Assembly: GCA_032718475.1 (NCBI GenBank)
Contig: JAUCBJ010000963.1
Coordinates: 1-48,072, forward strand
From: Nemertoderma westbladi
Taxonomy: Eukaryota; Animalia; Xenacoelomorpha
DNA: 48,072 nt
Reading direction: 5' to 3'
The notes under the pieces were generated by a model. It did no database searches and had not been told where the DNA came from. It worked only from the letters and a program-made list of their open reading frames with translations. Positions 44,494 through 48,072 of this stretch are shown here, piece by piece. A program made the translations under genes and the position numbers. Positions within the stretch are counted from its first letter, which is position 1. Every line of letters begins with the position of its first letter.

Positions 44494-46313
44494 TTATCGT
44501 GTTGTGGGACGAAAATCCCCTCGTTGTGAGGGTATAGTGACCGCATCGGTGTTATGGGAAGAATTAGTTCGTGTCGCAGCCACCAAAGTTGATTCTTCAA
44601 TGGTTGCAACTGTCATAGACTCATTCCGAGACTGCCTCTCATGGGGATGCCTTACCGCCTCAGACTCCCATCCCAAAGGCAGAGCTAGCTCAGACACCTC
44701 TAATCCAAGCATCCCAACCGGAGACACCCCTACCCCAGAATGATTCACTCCTGACATTCGCACCCCACAATGCACTACCCTAGACTGGCCGAAACAGGAC
44801 TGCCCTATAACAGTTTCACCATGCTCAACAGCCCCTCCTCGCCCAGACAAACCAGAAAATATTTCATCATAGCTTGGCGGTAGCGAAGTGGCCTCAGGGT
44901 CGCAACTATACGGAGGGGGTGGCGGGTTAGCTAGCGAGCCCATCCGGTAACCTAGAGACCCACTCCGGTTACTTAGAGACCCGCCCCTACTACCGCAACT
45001 ACTCGCTGATTGGCTGTCATCCTCCAACGGATGGACGCGCAAATCTTGTGACGAGAAAAAACACGTCTTTAAACCGGAGAATAAGATCTGCGATACAGAA
45101 ACGCCAATGTCTAAAATCCAAAGTGTCGTCGATACGTAGACCAGGCCGGTGCAATTCGAGAATTGGTTTCCTAGCAACGCTGTAACGCCAGTCGCGGTAC
45201 CCCATACTGCCAACGTCATCACAAAGATATTGATGATGATTTTCACCAATAGAAGACAATCGCTGATGCCTTGATCCTGTAATTCATAAAATATTTTAAA
45301 GTTGGCCTAATATTTATTTATTTCAATTAATTATATTGTATGTAAATGGAAAGGTAAGCCGTGTATCATTAAACTACTTTATGTTGCATAATAATTTTGT
45401 TACCTCAAAATTAACTTAGGCAGTAAGTTCATAGGCATTTTAAAATTTTAAAAGGGGAAAATAAATCTGTTTTGTTGTAGACAATATGATATTACGCACC
45501 GGTATAAAGATATCTGTTGTAATAAAGAGATATACAGTTTTAGTTTTGAAACAAATGATCTAACACCAAACTCGTTCGATTTAATAGGATGTTATATTAT
45601 ATATATCCTACTGTATTATGTATTTATACATAATGTATATAAATTCAGACAAATAATATGAAATCAATATACAGTATATGAAATATATATTTATACTTAG
45701 ATTATATGCTAGGTCGCTTTTGTGATGTTGAGCTGGTCTCTAATACCACGATATTTTGCGATATTTTACTATTACGTTAATAGAAATAAAGGAGATCTAA
45801 CGATCTCACCTAACTAACTAACTATCACCCGAGAAGGGCATTAAATATTAATCAATTAATTCAAACAGATCTATTCAACAGATGTGTCTCCTAAGGTTGC
45901 ACTAATTCTTTTCCTTATTATGTTTCATTTTCCGCAAGAGAAGTAAAAATACCATACCGACAGATGGCATGTAATTGAGAATTGGTACCAAAACCTCTTA
46001 AATCATTATAATATGAAACAGCTCGTTTAAGAGTTGATTGTGATATGAAACAACTAACCTTGACATACCCGTAGAATCCAAAAGAAGCCGATACGATTAT
46101 AACTGGCCCACCCCATATACGCAGTATGTGAGTTTCACCGTATTGAATACAAGTTCTATTGTAACTCAATAGACCTGTGGCCAGAATAGCCACACCAATA
46201 AGGAACTCGACAGACGAAAGTCTCACAGTGGTCCCGTGGTAGACCCATCGCGTTTTAGCCCGATGGTGATGAACTTGGAATTGTTGGGATGTGGAATTTC
46301 CCATATGAAACAT
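44494..46313 (-). CDS. CD20/MS4A-like four-pass membrane protein with PPxY tail (FAM189/ENTREP-like architecture), 2 exons, ~345 aa
   Basis: Exon 46313-46059 (LSSVEFLIGVAILATG, IWGGPVIIVSASFG; donor aag|gttagt) joins in phase 0 to exon 45276-44494 (ttacag|DQGISDCLLLVKIII); two further TM segments; PPPPPY and LPPSY. Start codon uncertain. Confidence 0.75.
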
Positions 46314-48072
46314 AATATTGTATTCTTTTAACGTCCAGCTGTTTATTCGCTCACAGGTATCGTTGGAGGGACTCAATCAAAATCGTCATATGTTATTGGC
46401 ATACAATAAATTGTGATTGTGAGACAAGTTTATAACAATTTACACTTGTGTGTAAAGTAAAGTGTAAAGGGAGTTTGCTACACAAGCGAACATGGTCTGT
46501 CAGTAAAGATAAAGATAGGATAATGAGAAGGCTGTAAAGTAGGCGAAATATTTAACAAGTATGGAGGTCATCGTATGGAGGGAGATTCTAACTAATTAAT
46601 CTCGAATATATTTATTTTAACAATCAATTAAAATATTTTCAAGTTGTGCTCGTTAATTAATAAAAATGCCAAGTACAGTATATTTTAATATTAGGTACCG
46701 GTACTAGTCTTGTGTACTATTGCGTTGTTATAACTTAATTATGTATGATCTCAATAATAATAATAATAATTAGAAAGCGGCTACATTAAGATTTTCTTAG
46801 AGAGTTTATGGTCACTATGGATACATCATACATAAATCCTCGTCAATAGCTTCGAAATCTGAAAGCAATATTTTCACCGGAATATTGAATGGAATTTGGT
46901 ACTCCGAAATTTTATGAGTTTCTGGGTTGTAAATATTTGAAGCCGCAATTGTGATTAAATACAGAAATGAAAACTGTTGATTTAAAGTATAACTTGTACT
47001 GTACGCCTACACAAAATATAGGAAGTTTATATTTAAACAGTGCAACATTGTGCATAATTAAACAGCGTCGGTGATTACGTTAACAACGTCTAAAACTAAA
47101 GCAGTATAATATTATTAATGTAGGCCTAAGTAATAAAAATTTAATGTAATGCAACCCTTATCCGGTATCGCCAATATAAAGGATGTCCCTTCGTTGAAAT
47201 CATTGAACCACCAGTTTGATAGAAACAAGTCGTCTGAATGTTACATTGTTGCTGAGCAACTCAATGGTGGTGATGTAGGATTGGCATGGTTTGTAGGAAT
47301 GGATGCTTCGTCTAGTAGGCGATATAACAATGAAATATTACATTATATTATTCTTAGTTCAATTATTATTATTCATTCATTATTAGAATTCACCAACCTC
47401 AGAAAAATTAATATGCCAGACAAAATAGATACATAACGAATAAAGTTCTGATATATAAAGTTCTTATACAATATGTGTGGGGTTTTAGATATCTGCTCAA
47501 AACTGAAAGTCTTATATAGAAAAAATATCAAATATAACTGTAGGGTGTGAGAACCAGTTGAACGCAATAAGAAGGATAACTGGTGTTTTAATTTCAAATG
47601 TTCAATCACATAACTGTTATTTTAATTTCAAATGTTCAATCACTTTTTAAAAAATTGTATTTATTTTATGAGCTTTCGATAATTCTTTGTATCTTTTCCA
47701 ATATAGGCCAGAGGCGGATATTCCACAGTATAAAAAATTAGCATTAGACATAGCATTCATTGTCTTTCTCCCTCACCTTCTCTCAATTTCTTACTGTTTA
47801 GTTATAAGGAAGTGATTTATGTCATGCTGGAAGTCATGCAGGAAGTCATGCTGAAATGTTTATCTATTGCCGTAGATAGTGTATTGATTAATAATTTTGG
47901 TTTTGTAGTTGGCAATCCCTAGTTTGAAAATCAACAAAGATACCAATCTTTTTACACTTTAAGCACGGCACTAAAAAAAATTTGGGCGACACATGGAAAA
48001 TTATCTTTATTGTAGAATTTTCCTTGTTTTTTCCGTTGTCGATGTGACATATTTCAATGAGAGTAGATTTCT

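Overview
AT-rich eukaryotic (animal, probably marine invertebrate) genomic DNA with GT-AG introns and a very dense, nested transposon content; it is not prokaryotic. I reconstruct three host genes. (1) A 7-exon + strand gene (19363-32406, about 639 aa) not visible as one ORF, encoding a predicted type I membrane protein: signal peptide, bacterial-style HEXXH...EYFAE zinc metalloprotease (anthrax lethal factor/PPEP-like zincin), ShKT domain, FN3 domain, TM helix and a cytoplasmic NPxY tail. All six splice junctions are phase-compatible. This is the best candidate for an undescribed system. (2) A tetraspanin with an intronless CDS (40235-41047, -). (3) A two-exon CD20/MS4A-like four-pass protein with two PPxY motifs (44494-46313, -). 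Mobile DNA includes an internally deleted P element whose left end coincides with the end of a near-perfect 2.64-kb duplication, two RTE LINEs (one inside a multi-level nest within a TIR element), an L2-like LINE, a solo LTR, an atypical LTR retrotransposon, a Gypsy element whose 5' LTR is fused in frame to RT, a tRNA-derived SINE, many MITEs and several minisatellites. Domain and family calls come from motif recognition by eye; no database searches were run.
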